Under the pieces are notes generated by a model. It saw nothing but the letters and a program-made list of their open reading frames with translations, was not told the DNA's origin and did not search any database. Positions 40,411 through 55,048 of a DNA stretch of 64,000 nt are shown piece by piece (within the stretch, counting starts at the first letter, position 1; every line of letters starts with the position of its first letter). A program made the translations under genes and the position numbers. This DNA comes from Eledone cirrhosa (lineage: Eukaryota), in the NCBI GenBank assembly GCA_964016885.1, contig OZ024743.1, forward strand, positions 190,588,001-190,652,000, written 5' to 3'.

Positions 40411-42017
40411 TTTATATATCATCATCATATATATATATATGATATATATGTATGTGTGTAGGCAAATTAGTATGTCCAATTCCTAATAATACTAAGACCA
40501 AATGGGTATATATACCCAACAAATACATTTTCCCTTCTGGTTGATTGGACGATAAATACTTCTTCTGATGAGCATGCAATAAAATCTGAAAATGGATTAA
40601 ATCTGTTTATAATTGTTTTTCAATTTATGGCGAAATTCATATTTTCTGGCATGTTTACATGCCTACAAATTAGACATATATTTATATACACTGGTGCAGT
40701 TTCGATTACACACTATTTATACAGATATAACTTTGTCATACACTCTGGCTGCTAGTGCACCACTTACCATATATGTATATATGTATATCTAACTATTTCC
40801 AGCCAGTACTGAGTAAATGTTTTGACAATCCATTTGTAATATGTGGCACTTATATTGGTAAACATTGTAGGCGAGTTGATGTGAAATTTTATGATGGAGA
40901 ATGTTTGAGAGAATGCAAGTATACTTTTGATGATGTCTTCATGTTTTTAGTATTTTGTTGTTTGGTTACGATCAATATAGATTGAGAATACCTATAATTA
41001 AATCAATTATAATTATGATTATCCTGTTTTAAAATGGTTAATTAGAACTATATTGTTGAATGTGTCCAACTGTTGCTAGAAGAACAAATATATATTAACT
41101 GATAATGATGATGTTAGTGAACTTACTTTGGTTGAAGATTGGTGGATATGATGTAAGGGTGCTATATCTGATATTTACCAATTTACATTGAAGCTTCCTT
41201 GTTGGCTCAAAGTGATTATTTTGCTTTTATTGTGCATAATATATAGTCCTCTGCAATTTGATGTCTTTAAAAAAATGGAATTAAAATGATAAGATTAACA
41301 TTAGTATAATTAATGAGAATTTTAGATGCATCATTTGTAAATTCCTTATAGTTTCTATGTTATATAGAGTAGAATAGAAATCACTGCTAATTGCTTGACA
41401 TGTATCTAATCAATGTAATCCAAAGTATTGTTTATCTATTGAGAAATATATTTGTGACATTAAGATGGATAGTTTCACATAGGAATCAGCAGTATGTGTT
41501 AGGAGGGAATGCTATGATTTATGATGCATTGCTATTTAGTTCGAAGCAGTGATCAATTCCTTTGTTTGTATTCTTCATAGTACAAAGAATATATATGGAA
41601 CTAGTTCAGAGCTTAATGAACATTTCCAGAGCAATGCACATCAAAATTAAGGTTGTCAAATAAAGTTTGAGATAGAAAATATACATGGAGAATATGAGTG
41701 AATTCAGTATACAGCATTGGTGGTATTAGGCATGTTGTAGATAACCTATATTTCACTTGATTGCATATGACTATTTCAGTATGACCTTCAATATTACTAT
41801 AATATATCTATCATATATAAATATTAAATTTGTAATTAGAAGCATCAACATCTTCTGACTATTAAAATAGTCTAGAACTGAAAAGATTCTGTACATATTT
41901 TATATGCTGTACTTAGATTATTTTTCCTAATCAAAAAACGTTGATGCTTCTAACTTACTAATTCAAAACTTCCTAATGCTCAATAGCTCTAGAAATAGAT
42001 TGTTTATAAATATATAT

Positions 42018-43740
42018 ATCATCATCATCATCATCAGGTTTAGCGTCCGTGTTCCACGCTTGCATGGGTTTGGACGGGGGGTTTTCCCACTTGAGGCAAG
42101 AGTGGTTGTCTTGCTCGCATAGGACTGTCTGGCGGGTTTTCTACAGTTGGATGCCCTTCCTAACACCAACCACATTTACAGTGTGGGGCTGGGAGGTTTT
42201 TACCGTGTTGCCTACACGGCCACATTACAGCGTGGACTGTCTGGCGTATTTTCTACAGCTGGATGCCCTTCCTAACACCAACCATTTTTACAGTGTGGGG
42301 CTGGGAGGTTTTTACCGTGTTGCCTACACGGCCACATTTACAGCGTGGACTGTGTGTTTTTTTGTCGTGACACCTACAAGATCTCATTTGTTTCGGCCTG
42401 GATGTTGTGGGACCAACATAACTGTACATTGAAAGGGGCGGTGTGGATGGGGTGGAGGTGGTGGGACGGGGGGTGTTTTGATAGAGATGCCTACTGACTG
42501 TAGTAGGTTTTTACTTTGTATTTAGGTAAGGCGGGTCTTCTCTATTACTGAGTACCGCCAAAGGTCTCGGTCCAGTGACATTGTCTTGGAGAGGTGTAAG
42601 CGTGTGAGGTCGGAATTTATCAGCTCGTCCCATGTTTTTCTGGGTCTGCCTACTCCGTGGCTACCGTCTATCTTTATTGCCCTGCACTTTGTTATACAGC
42701 TGTCGTCTTTCATGCGCATCACGTGACCGTACCAACGTAGCCTTCTCTCGAGTAAACAACATCTGATCCCTCTTATCTCTAATTTTTTCCTTAGTTCGTT
42801 TATGCTTTGCCGTTCACGTATATTACTATTGCACATCCAGCGGAGCATGCAAGCTTCGTTCCTCTCTAGTCTGCGTATATCCTCTGCACACAATGCCCAG
42901 GTCTCACTGCCATGCAGCATTGCTGCTGTTCGTATGCAGGCATCGTATAACCTGCCTTTCATTTTTAGGGAGAACCCTCTAGCGGCTAATAGTGGTATAA
43001 GCTCTCTGAACTTTTTCCATCCAGTTCTGACTCTAGCTACTGTACTTTCAGAGCACCCTCCCCCACTGCTGATTTTGTCACCCAGGTAACGGAAGCTGTC
43101 CACTATTTCTATAGAACCCTCTGCGCAGTTGAAGGAGCTAGTATTTTGTGGGCACTTGCTGCTACTTATTGCACCAGAGCACCGGCCACATGTAAAATCT
43201 ATGTTCTTAGTTAGCTTACCTGTGATCCCACTACATCTTTTATGCACCCATACTTTGCATTTGGGACATAAAATGGAGTTTCTACCTACGCCTTTCCTAC
43301 ACACTGAGCATGACCATTTCCCAGATGGGACTGCCGCCATATTTTCTTTCCTACAAACTAGAACTTTTGTCTTAGCCAGGTTAATTTTAAGGCCTTTTGA
43401 TTCTAGGCCGTGCTTCCATGTTTGGAATTTCTTCTCTAGTTCGGTCATTGATTCAGCTATGAGCGTTAGATCATCTGCGTATAGGAGTTCCCATGGGCAG
43501 CCGGTCTTGAACTGCTCTGTTATAGCCTGAAGGGCAATAATAAATAGTAGGGGGCTAAGAACAGAGCCCTGATGGACACCAACTTTTACGCTAAACTCTT
43601 CACTATATTCGTTGTTAATTCTAACCTTACTGACTGTTTCTTTATACATGGCTTGTATAGCTCTCACAAGCCATTCGTCAACACCTAGTTTTCTAAGAGA
43701 CCACCAGATAATGGAACGGGGGACTCTGTCGAAGGCTTTC

Positions 43741-43745
<5 letters not shown>
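42018..43745 (-). mobile_element. 5'-truncated RTE-clade LINE with 3' UTR (~112-nt tandem repeat) and (GAT)n tail
   Basis: RT ORF plus UTR; near-identical UTR copy at 63576-64000. Confidence 0.92.
42522..43745 (-). CDS. RTE LINE reverse transcriptase, open C-terminal 407 aa with PHD-like Cys insert
   Basis: EKAFDRVP, GVHQGSVLSPLLF, LLYADDL, CSVC..C..C..WVHKRC..C..C, FRYLG, RLRWYGHV. Confidence 0.9.
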
Positions 43746-43797
<52 letters not shown>

Positions 43798-43799
43798 TA

Positions 43800-44862
43800 T
43801 CATCATCATCATCATCATCATCATCGTCTAACATCCCTCTTCTACACTAGCATGGGTTGGACGGTTTTGTTCCATTTTATGCGGGAATGGTTGGGAGACC
43901 GTGTTTCACTTGTATGGAAGTGTCTCTGGTAGGTTTTTTACAGCTGGGTGCCCTTCCTAACACTAACCACATTTACAGTGAGGACTGGGAGCCTTTTTAC
44001 TGTGTCTCCTACACAACCACCTTACACTGTGCACTGTTGTGTCATCAACAGAGTGGGTGGAATGGAAAAGGGAGGATGGGTAGGGTGTGTTAGGTGGGGT
44101 GTACATTAGGTTATGAGGTGCTTACTGCCTGTAGGTTTGTATGCAAGGGCAGTCAGGTCTTCTGTACAACTGAATAGCGCCAGTGACATTGTCTTAGAGA
44201 GGTGTAAGTGAGCACGGTCAGGTTTTATCACCGCGTACCAGGTTATTCTTGGTTTACCCACTCCGTAGCTTCCTTCCATTTTCATTACGCTGCACATGTT
44301 TATACAGCTGTCGTCCTTCATACACATCACATGGCCATACCAATGCAATCTTCTCTCTAGAACACAACATTTGATACCTCTTATGCTTAGTCTCTCTCTC
44401 AATTCATTTATGCTTTGCCGTTCGCGCACATTACTATTACACATCAATCGGAGCATGAAAGCTTCATTTCTTTCTAATCTACACAACTCTTCAGCACACA
44501 ATGCCCAGATCTCACTACCATGTAATATTGCCGTTTGTATACAAGCATCATACAATCTGCCTTTCACTTTTAGAGAAAACCCCTTGTGGCCAACAGCACT
44601 ATTAGCTCTCACAACCTTTTCATCCCGTTCTAATTCTGAATACTACACTTTCAGAGCACCGTCCTCCACTGCTGATTTTGTCACCCAGGTAACGGAAAGT
44701 GTCTCCTATTTATATAAAAGCATCTGGGCAGTTAAAGGAGATAGCATCCAGTGAGTCCTTGCTACATCTTTTATATACCTATAGTTTGCATTCGGGGCAT
44801 AGAATTGAATTTCTACCTACTCCATTCTTACACATTAAACATGGCCATTTCCCAGAGGGAAA
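43800..44862 (-). mobile_element. Older decayed RTE LINE 3' part of the same group
   Basis: KGRLYDACI..LHGSE.W, RLHWYGHV; (GAT)n tail at 43800-43826. Confidence 0.85.
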
Positions 44863-45491
44863 TATAGTAGTTATATATGTATATATATATATATATATAG
44901 TTTCGGTGACAAATATATTAATGTTCCCAGACACACAGATATATTGCCCTTGGTATGACAGTGTGGTTTTAGCTCAATACGGAGGATCGACATGTAACAT
45001 GGCGATATAACCTTCCTATAGACAACCCTACATGTAAAGCTGCACCAACGCTAACCAACTATCCTTCTCACAGACTCATGCTTGCAAGCTCACTTAATCT
45101 GCCTGTACATCCTGTATTTACACTGCTTGAGCTTTGATGTATCTATGCTTTGCTTTGTTTTGTTTGTTTGTTTTTTTGGTGTTTTTTTGTTTCTGTGTTT
45201 TTTATTGTTTTTATTGTCTTTTTATTGTTATTGATCATGCTGAGTAACACCTTCACTCATTCCTTGCTACCCTCTCCCAACCTCCTTATCATCTATTGCA
45301 CCATGTAAGTGATAAACTTTTGATGTGATCTTTGATGTAATTTTTTATGACATTTTATGACATTATATGCGTCATGTATTGTGTCTTTCTCTATATATCG
45401 CTGACTTAGGGACCCCCCTGCTGGTCCTTTAACCTTGTTCTGGTGACGCAGCTTGATGGAGCATGCAACTATTGATATACTCTTGTTTATA

Positions 45492-45538
45492 GGCTCTGAT
45501 GATTCCTGCTTTAGGGTACGGATGAAACACTGTTAGCT
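45492..45538 (+). ncRNA. Minimal type I hammerhead motif at the end of a solo pLTR-like segment (~45010-45580)
   Basis: ggct CTGATGA t tcc...gga t GAAA cactg TT agct, immediately followed by AATAAA. Confidence 0.6.
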
Positions 45539-45707
45539 AATAAAACAATGTATTTCTAAGCAGTCTGGTTATTCCTAAACCTATATATATATATGTGTAT
45601 ATGCTAAACAGATATTATTGATTTCTTACTCTCACACACACACATATATATATATAAATATATATGTGTGTGTGTATATATATACTGCTAGTATAGGTAT
45701 ATATATT

Positions 45708-46180
45708 CTAACAGTGGTACCCGGCTTTGCCCGGGAATGAAAGCGATCCTTATATAATAGAAGGAGAAAGCAAAACATGTAACATAGAAATTAATTATTC
45801 TAAATTCCATTTAATGCTCAATTGATGTACATGAAATCAATTCTGAATTCATAATACAAACATAAAATGATATCACTTTTATAAGAGGGAGATAAATTCT
45901 ATCACATATTTTGAAGAAAATTAAGAACGAATTTCTGGGTAAACAACATTCTTTGTTTTCTGGTTTGGAGCATACAGAAATAAGACAGTATGAACTTTCT
46001 TCTCCTTGGCATTATTTTCAAAGCTAGAATGCAGATTGAATGAGAAATGAGTGAAAATTACAGGAATATCTTCACCAGGGAGATATAAATCAATGACGAA
46101 GTTTACCTCATTTAAGTTGTCATTGTAAATGGAAGGTTTTAATCATTGAAGCTCGGTGTTTTATTACGCTTATTATTATC
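45708..46180 (-). mobile_element. Helitron 3' end remnant
   Basis: Minus strand ends with hairpin cccgg gcaaag ccggg then ...gttag; helicase C-terminus trace LFLYAPNQKTKNVVYP at ~45935-45985. Confidence 0.6.
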
Positions 46181-46554
46181 ACCTCACTTTGACAACACCA
46201 ACTAGCTCTGTGTCATTTTGCGGTAAAGTGCATTTGTGTTGTAGTTAATATCACCTAACTTTGCTTAACGCTCTATGAATAATGTTAAACAACTTAACGC
46301 TCTATGAATAATGTTAAACAACAATATACTGAAAATATTGTGCTTTTATATCCTTTAAGAGGATTCTAGATACTTTTGGAACACAAACGATCATCTCTAA
46401 AAAAGTCTCCCTGAGAATGTACGAATTTAAATATATACAGTACACACAAATCTATAAATATCTTTTAAAATGTATAAGCGAGTAAGATTCCATAGATTAT
46501 TACTCATTTTACTGGAAAAATCAATTAATATGAAATGAAATACAGAATGAAATA

Positions 46555-46733
46555 ACTTTTTCTACTTTTGGCACAAGGCCAGCAATTACCCAGTGTATTA
46601 CTGGTACTTTATTTTATCGACTCCGTAAGGATGAAAGGCAAAGTTAACCTCGGCGGGATTTGAACTGAGAATGGAAAGGACCGTAACTCTTTGTGTCAAA
46701 GCATGGTGTCCGACCTTCTACCGACACTGCCAA
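46555..46733 (-). mobile_element. tRNA-derived SINE, family 1
   Basis: Match to other copies. Confidence 0.85.
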
Positions 46734-46796
46734 TGATTTTTATGTAATTACCTATCAACACAGAAAGAAAGAAAAACAAACTTCCGTTGTATACAG

Positions 46797-46856
<60 letters not shown>

Positions 46857-46865
46857 CTGTATATA

Positions 46866-47092
46866 TACAGAAAAACAAAAAAACACACATAAAAAACAAA
46901 AAAACACACATACTCACTCACACACTTACGCGCAACCATAAACACACACACAAACACATATACACACATAAAAACACACACACATATATAAAAAATATAT
47001 AAATATATATAAAAATATATATTCATGTACACACACATACATACACACATACATACATACATATATAAAATACATATACACATATACATACG

Positions 47093-47130
<38 letters not shown>

Positions 47131-47261
47131 TATATACATATATACACATATAAATATATATACAAACACATATACATATATATATATATACATATATACA
47201 CATATACACACATACACACACACACACATATATATACATATATATATATATACACATACAC

Positions 47262-47324
<63 letters not shown>

Positions 47325-47485
47325 CATACACATACATACATACACACACACATATATACACAAGTAAATAGACTCACACGCATACATACAAACACGAGTA
47401 TACATATGTATAAATATCTATACACACACACATACACACACATATATATATACACATATACATACACATATACATACATATACAT

Positions 47486-47542
<57 letters not shown>

Positions 47543-47758
47543 TATATATATATATATCTCTATACACACACATACAAATACATATATATATATATATATA
47601 TATATCCATACATACACAAACATACACATACATACACAGACCTATACATAAATATACACATATATATACAGACATATAACGCACATATACACACACATAC
47701 ATACATACACATACATATACACATACATATACATATATATACATATATACATACATAC

Positions 47759-47809
<51 letters not shown>

Positions 47810-47848
47810 TATATATATATACATACACATACATACAGACACACACAT

Positions 47849-47896
<48 letters not shown>

Positions 47897-48142
47897 GCGC
47901 ATACACACATACACACACCCACACACAAAATATATATACACACACACTCTCTCTCTCATGCACATATATATATATATATACATACACACACACATACACA
48001 CACATGTATATATATGTATATGTATGTGTATATGTATGTGTATGTATGTATGTGTGTGTATATGTGCGTTATATGTCTGTATATATATGTGTATATTTAT
48101 GTATAGGTCTGTGTATGTATGTGTATGTTTGTGTATGTATGG

Positions 48143-48173
<31 letters not shown>

Positions 48174-48190
48174 TAAACAAATAATGAATA

Positions 48191-48240
<50 letters not shown>

Positions 48241-48277
48241 TTGTATGTGTGTGTATAGATATATATATATATATATA

Positions 48278-48338
<61 letters not shown>

Positions 48339-48503
48339 ATGTATATGTATGTATATGTGTATGTATATGTGTATATATATATGTGTGTGTATGTGTGTGT
48401 GTATAGATATTTATACATATGTATACTCGTGTTTGTATGTATGCGTGTGAGTCTATTTATTTGTGTATATATGTGTGTGTGTGTGTATGTATGTGTATGT
48501 CTC

Positions 48504-48562
<59 letters not shown>

Positions 48563-48689
48563 GTGTATGTGTATATATATATATATGTATATATATGTGT
48601 GTGTGTGTGTATGTGTGTATATGTGTATATATGTATATATATATGTATATGTGTTTGTATATATATTTATATGTGTATATATGTATATA

Positions 48690-48753
<64 letters not shown>

Positions 48754-48987
48754 CGTATGTATATGTGTATATGTATTTTATATATGTATGTATGTATGTA
48801 TGTATGTGTGTATGTATGTGTGTGTACATGAATATATATTTTTATATATATTTATATATTTTTTATATATGTGTGTGTGTTTTTATGTGTGTATATGTGT
48901 TTGTGTGTGTATTTATGGTTGCGCGTAAGTGTGTGAGTGAGTATGTGTGTTTTTTTGTTTTTTATGTGTGTTTTTTTGTTTTTCTGT
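46866..48987. repeat. Inverted duplication of compound microsatellite (arms ~46866-47740 / ~48008-48987)
   Basis: Unique landmarks mirrored: cttacgcgcaacc / ggttgcgcgtaag, aatagactcacacgcatac / gtatgcgtgtgagtctatt, cagacctatac / gtataggtctg. Confidence 0.85.
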
Positions 48988-49023
48988 TTTTTTGTTTTTT
49001 TGTTTTTTTGTTTTTTTGTGAAT

Positions 49024-49673
<650 letters not shown>

Positions 49674-49733
49674 AAGTAATGCCATCGGAAAGGTACAGGA
49701 AAAAAGAGTGCTCTATGTAGGATACAGAGCTTA

Positions 49734-50576
49734 TTAGTTATGTAATAAACAACATAAGATAATTATTTCATTGACCAGTGGTTTCTTGAAAGCAGATATT
49801 GTATCTGTTTTCAGTAGTCAGAGTGAATAAAAAAAATCATGGTGTTTTTATTAAGTGTGGATTTGAAAACAAAATTTAAGAAATATGAAAATGAGGCTGA
49901 GAAAAAAACGTGCGAAAATAGAGGAGGAAATATATATATATATATAAACAATAAATATCCAGAACGTAAACATACACACACTAAACCACGCGCATATACT
50001 TAAAAAGTACGAAGACGTATACTTTTTTTCAGTTGATTTGTAATCCCCCCTACTTTCTACCTTACCTTTTACACATTCACACCCACTACCTTTACCCTTT
50101 ACTCAGTTTACTTTTTAACCAGATATTCTTATCTAGATCTCATCACACACCTTTTACAACACTTTTTTCCCTTACCTGTTCTTAATAATTGTGTTTATTA
50201 TTTTATTTCAATACACTGGGTAATTGCTGGCCTTGTGCCTAACGTAGAAACAATTATTTTATTTCAATGTTACTCCCCTTTTGTCCTTACCCACTGGGTT
50301 TTTTAATGTATTCACATATGGTTGTGTGCGGGCGCATATGCAGTCAGGCTTATGTGTACATACATTTATAGTATTTTGATTATTTAATTGTGTGTGTGTA
50401 TATGTGTGTATGTGTGTGTATGTATGTGTGTGTGTATATATATGTATATGTATATGCATCTATGTATATATATATATATATACTGTATATATATATACAT
50501 AAATATAAATATAATATAAACTTATAAATATAATATAAACATATACAAACACACATATATATATATATACACACAA

Positions 50577-50608
<32 letters not shown>

Positions 50609-51598
50609 GTGTTTGTGTGTACATATATATGTGTGTGTGTTTGTATATGTTTATATTATATTTATATATGGTTATATGTATGTGTTTACGTATATGTGCG
50701 TGTATGCGGCTGTATATATGTTTTCGTATATATCGGTTATGTGTGTATGGATTTACGTATGGATTTTTGTATGCGTGTGTTGATTTCTTATTACGTGCGT
50801 GCGTACGCAAGCATTTGTATATGTACGTACGTAGGTTATGAACCAATGCTCTTTATTGTAGACCTTTATGTGTATGTATGTGGATATGTGTGTAATATGT
50901 TTATATATACGTGTGTATGCGTGTGGTTGTGTATGTGTATATGTTTTTTTTGCTCGCATGTGTATGTGTACGTATGTTTATTTTATATTTTTGTGTGTAT
51001 ATATATATATACACATGCATATGTGTGTGTGTTTTTATACGTGTGTATGAATATCTATGCTTGTATATGTGCGTGTGTATGTATGTGTATATGTTTATAT
51101 ATATATATATATTTATGTATATGCACATCTCATGTATTTGTTTATTTTTAAGTTGTTTTAATTCCCCCCACCCTCTACACACTCATACTTATCGTTGTCA
51201 ACACGTCTCCTTTTTGTCTTTATTTTATTTTTGACTTTGTATATTTTTTGCTTTTATTTATTTATTACTTCTTGTATATGTTTGTGTATGTATTTATGTC
51301 CCTGTCTGTAGACGCTAATACGCTTATGTGAAAAAGTATACGTCTTCGTACTTTTTAAGTATATGCGCGTAGTTTAGTGTGTGTATGTTTACGTTCTGGA
51401 TATTTATTGTTTATATATATATTTTTTCCCCTCTTCTTTTTTGCCCGCTTTCATATTTCTTAAATTTTGTTTTCAAATCCATATTTAATAAAAACACCAT
51501 GTCTTTATTCATTCTGACGACTGAATACAGATACAATATCTGCTTTCAAGAAACCGCTGGTAAATGAAATAATTATCTTATGTTGTTTATTACATAAC

Positions 51599-51601
<3 letters not shown>
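49734..51601 (+). mobile_element. Non-coding PLE 3' UTR-like element with inverted ends (49734-50028 / 51331-51601) and microsatellite-rich interior
   Basis: Reverse-complement arms, each with an HHR motif (left copy core mutated to CTGACTA). Confidence 0.75.
51509..51567 (+). ncRNA. Type I hammerhead ribozyme
   Basis: tcatt CTGACGA ctgaa tacagata caa tatctg ctttcaa GAAA cc gct gg TA aatga. Confidence 0.75.
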
Positions 51602-51640
<39 letters not shown>

Positions 51641-51719
51641 TTATTCCGGATTGAATCAAGGGTAACCACAGTAAGTAAGGTACTCAATACATAGCAGAAT
51701 AAATGTTTTAATATAGAAA

Positions 51720-51770
51720 AGCTTCTACAGGACTAGAACTGTTTCATTCGTGAAAAATCATCAGGAAGCT
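51720..51770 (-). ncRNA. Type I hammerhead ribozyme
   Basis: Minus strand: agcttc CTGATGA ttttt cacgaat GAAA cag ttctagtc ctg TA gaagct. Confidence 0.8.
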
Positions 51771-52252
51771 GGCTGTCCAAGTAAATGTGGTGGTATTTAT
51801 ATCTTTTCTTTTCTGGTGGTAGAAGAGGGTGGGGGTTGGGATGGGTGGAGGTCATTGGTTGATGGATTTAAAGAAAATGGAGTTCATTAAAAGCTAATTC
51901 TTTAAAGCAGTGTTTCTCAACCTTTTTGACCCCCGGGCCCACTTTTAGCTCCCAAAAAATGTCCGCGCCCACTTATTTTACGAGCGTAAACTAGTGCTCA
52001 AAAACTATTCCGGACTATAACCCCCACATGATATATATACTAGTGCTTCTCAATCTGTTTGTTCTCCCGGCCCAATTTACTCCCTAGAAATTGTCAGGGT
52101 CAGTGCTCAAAGAGAATTCTGGAACACTTACCCCCATATGATGCCGACTGCATTTAAATTTCACGAGTGAAGAACACGAATTCTTGATAAAGAGTCAAGA
52201 AAAAATAAGAACATATTTAATGGTCGTTTTAACAATGCTCAAATGCTCAGTG

Positions 52253-54050
52253 CTAGTGGCTGCACTGCTCCTGATGTCTTTCAACAAGACTGTCGATTTG
52301 GACTTCAAAGGATTGGTTCAACTTGAGCCGCAAATCTCCCCGGTTGATGGTTTGAAGAAGGTTTCTTTTTCTCAAAAAAATATCATTTAACGTGGAAAAA
52401 CCAGATTCAACAAGCCACGTTGTAGGAAAAGAGAGAATAAAAGGAAACGTTTCATCATAAAGGTTTGGAAATATTTTTTCCACATTAAGCCAGCCGCGAA
52501 GGCCCTCGCGTTCCATTTTTCCCATCAATAGCGCATTCTCTTTGAGTTCCAGCAAGTCGACTGCAAGATTAGGATCCAGAGTTTCGTCGCTAATAACATC
52601 AAAGTTTTGAATGTCCAACAACCACTGCGGGGTCTTCATGTCCAGTATATCATGAAATTGTCGTTTGAAATCAGTTTGTAAATTTCTTATGTGGTCGACG
52701 TAGCTGATCAAAACGGCGTCAGAAGGTGTGGTTTCGGAGAGATTTGGAAATCATGCGAATTCACATCTCTGCAGATGATTGGACCTTAAACTAAGCTTAG
52801 AGATGACGGATCGAATTTTTTTCGCCCAATGCACGGCCTTGAAGGGTCTTGTTTAATGAACAAACGTGTGCAAAAATATCAGCCAGATAAAAAAAGTTGG
52901 TCTTGGTTTCGTTGTGGCTTAATTTTTCGACAAGGAGGCCTGCTCTTTCTCGTTGAATTTGTCTGTATGCCTCAGTTGCCATTCGCTGTATGAATAGAAA
53001 AAGCGGATCCCATAATTTTACGAGACGATTTAGCGAATTTCCCTTGGAAAGCCAGCGAACCTCGGTATGTAAAAGAAGTGCACGATGTTCTTCATTTTCA
53101 CACAGTTCTGAAAACAATCGTTCGTAGAGACCATTCGCTTTTACGAAGTTAATGCTTGAAATAGCAACTTGAAGTGCATGCTCCATGTCGCTACTTAGGC
53201 AATTGGCTGCAAGGTTTTGACGGTGAATGATGCAGTGTATGGATAAGACGTGCGGTGCGACTTTCTTAAGTTTTGCAATGAATCCATTATGTACACTCGT
53301 CATAGCATTTGCACCGTCTGTGGCAATCTGAAGTAGATTAGAAAGTGGGATCTTTTTTTCTTCAAAGTATTCATAAAATGATGCAAAAATGGATTCGCTT
53401 TTTGTGTCTTTCAATGATTTCATAAAAAGCATTTCTTCACGAATACACGTTCCCTCAATATGCCGAACATAGGCAAGAAGAAATGCACAGTTATGAAGAG
53501 TCGTTTCATCAATTTGGAGAGGAAATTTGAGTACTCGAAGCTTCTCCACCAGCTGATTTTCAATATCTGCTGCCATTTCATCCTGTCTGCGTTTAATTGT
53601 GTCGTTGGAAAATAGAATTTTCGATAAAATATTGGCGGATTCTTCTCCCAGCATTTCCTTTGCACACGCAATCATGGCCGGTTTTACTAGGAGTTCGGCG
53701 ATCGTGTGAGGTTCACACACCTTGGCGACCATTTCACTTACGATATAACTCGATTAAATGCCTTTTTGTTAACATCGTTCTTTTTTCGCATGAATATCTG
53801 CATCAGCAATTGTGACTTTCTTCTGCGTGTTTTCAACTTATTCTTAAAATATTCAACACTTCTTCCAACGGTGTGCAGCTTTTTGATGCGGTAATAACTT
53901 TGACTCCTTCTTGGAATGATTTGTCATTAACTTTCCACACTCCACACATTCGGGCCTATCGGAATCGATTTCTGATGGTGCCAAGCCGAGAAGTAGAAAG
54001 TCTTCATTATAGCTCCTAGTAAACGGTCGTTTGGTAGAATTCGATGACAT
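52253..54050 (-). pseudogene. hAT transposase, ZBED5/ZBED8/SCAND3-like, frameshifted
   Basis: RSYNEDFL..G, PECVEC, PHTIAE.LVKP, QIDETT, TDGANAM, HCIIHRQ, HTEVRWLSKG, FPTTWLVESGFS, HQEQCSH*. Confidence 0.92.
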
Positions 54051-54648
54051 GACGCTGACAAAATTAGATAAAACTAAAACGAAAGAAAACGGCAAAAGGT
54101 TGAGTACGGCAAAAAGGCTGGTAAATGTTAGATATCATGGCAAATTAACAATTATGGTTTTGCGAGCCCTTTTCATGTATGTCATATTATTTAAGCACCG
54201 GGTGGTACAAAGCAGGCTCAATCTGAACGAATCATTTTATTCTGAAGATATAACTGCTTTATCACGCAATGTAGACAACCTGGCCAACAAAAGCGTTGAC
54301 GGACCAAATTTCATTTATGGAACTGTGGTTGGAGGTAATTATCTACAAATGATTCTAGACGCGATTACCGCGTACCAAAAAGCTATATAAATTGCTTAAA
54401 AGGGTACAAATTAATGTAATAGCATATTCTTTCTTTGTAAAATGCATTTTAACTAATAGTGTACATACTTTTAGCCCACTCTGTATGTTGCCTTAATGGC
54501 ATTAAAAATGTGGAACAACTTTATTATACAAGAAAAAAGTCATTGTTCGCTTTTAACATAAAGAATAACAATAAAAAGGTTGGAAATTGTTTATAGAAAA
54601 CAGCATGCTCACCCAGTAAAGACTGCAAAACAGATCCGCAAGACGAAA

Positions 54649-55048
54649 GGGGTGCAGAGTTAATTTCGCCACTGAATTAATTTCGCCACTGAAATAATTT
54701 CGTCCGGTGAATTCCAAACAAAGTTACTCCTCTTATTTATATCCGTAAAGTGACTAAAGATTAAAACAAATGTAATATATTTTTTAGGCTTAGGGTTAGG
54801 GTTAGGGTTGGGTTAGGGTTAGGGTTACTTTTTAGGGTTAGGGTTAGGGTTGGGTTAGGGTTAGGGTTTGGTTAGGATTGGGTTAGGGTTAGGGTTGGAT
54901 TAACCCAAACGCTAACCCTAAAAAATAACCGTAACAGTAAATATATTACATTTGTTTTAGTCACTTTAAGGATATAAACAACGGGAGTAATTTTCGTTGG
55001 GGTTCATTGGGCGAAATTAATTCAGTGGCGAAATTAATTCAGTAACCC
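54649..55048. mobile_element. Foldback/Mutator-like MITE with ~130-bp TIRs, 17-bp subterminal repeats and a TTAGGG core
   Basis: 9-bp TSD aagacgaaa at 54640-54648 and 55049-55057; GGG...CCC termini; arms are reverse complements. Confidence 0.8.
54787..54920 (+). repeat. Interstitial telomere-type (TTAGGG)n array, degenerate, with a short CCCTAA turn-around
   Basis: ttagggttaggg... then taacccaaacgctaacccta. Confidence 0.9.

Noticed and set aside
40563-40640. CTGATGA...GAAA as a hammerhead (similar cases at 15668-15705, ~23750-23795 and ~63100-63150)
   Set aside because: Could not establish convincing stems I and III; at best decayed
46264-46322. Short tandem duplications (also ~35527-35568) and a small hairpin at 56173-56231
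   Set aside because: Consistent with ordinary slippage or repeat debris; no further structure seen
54787-54920. TTAGGG array as a chromosome end or fusion scar
   Set aside because: Enclosed in TIRs with a 9-bp TSD, so it is part of a MITE
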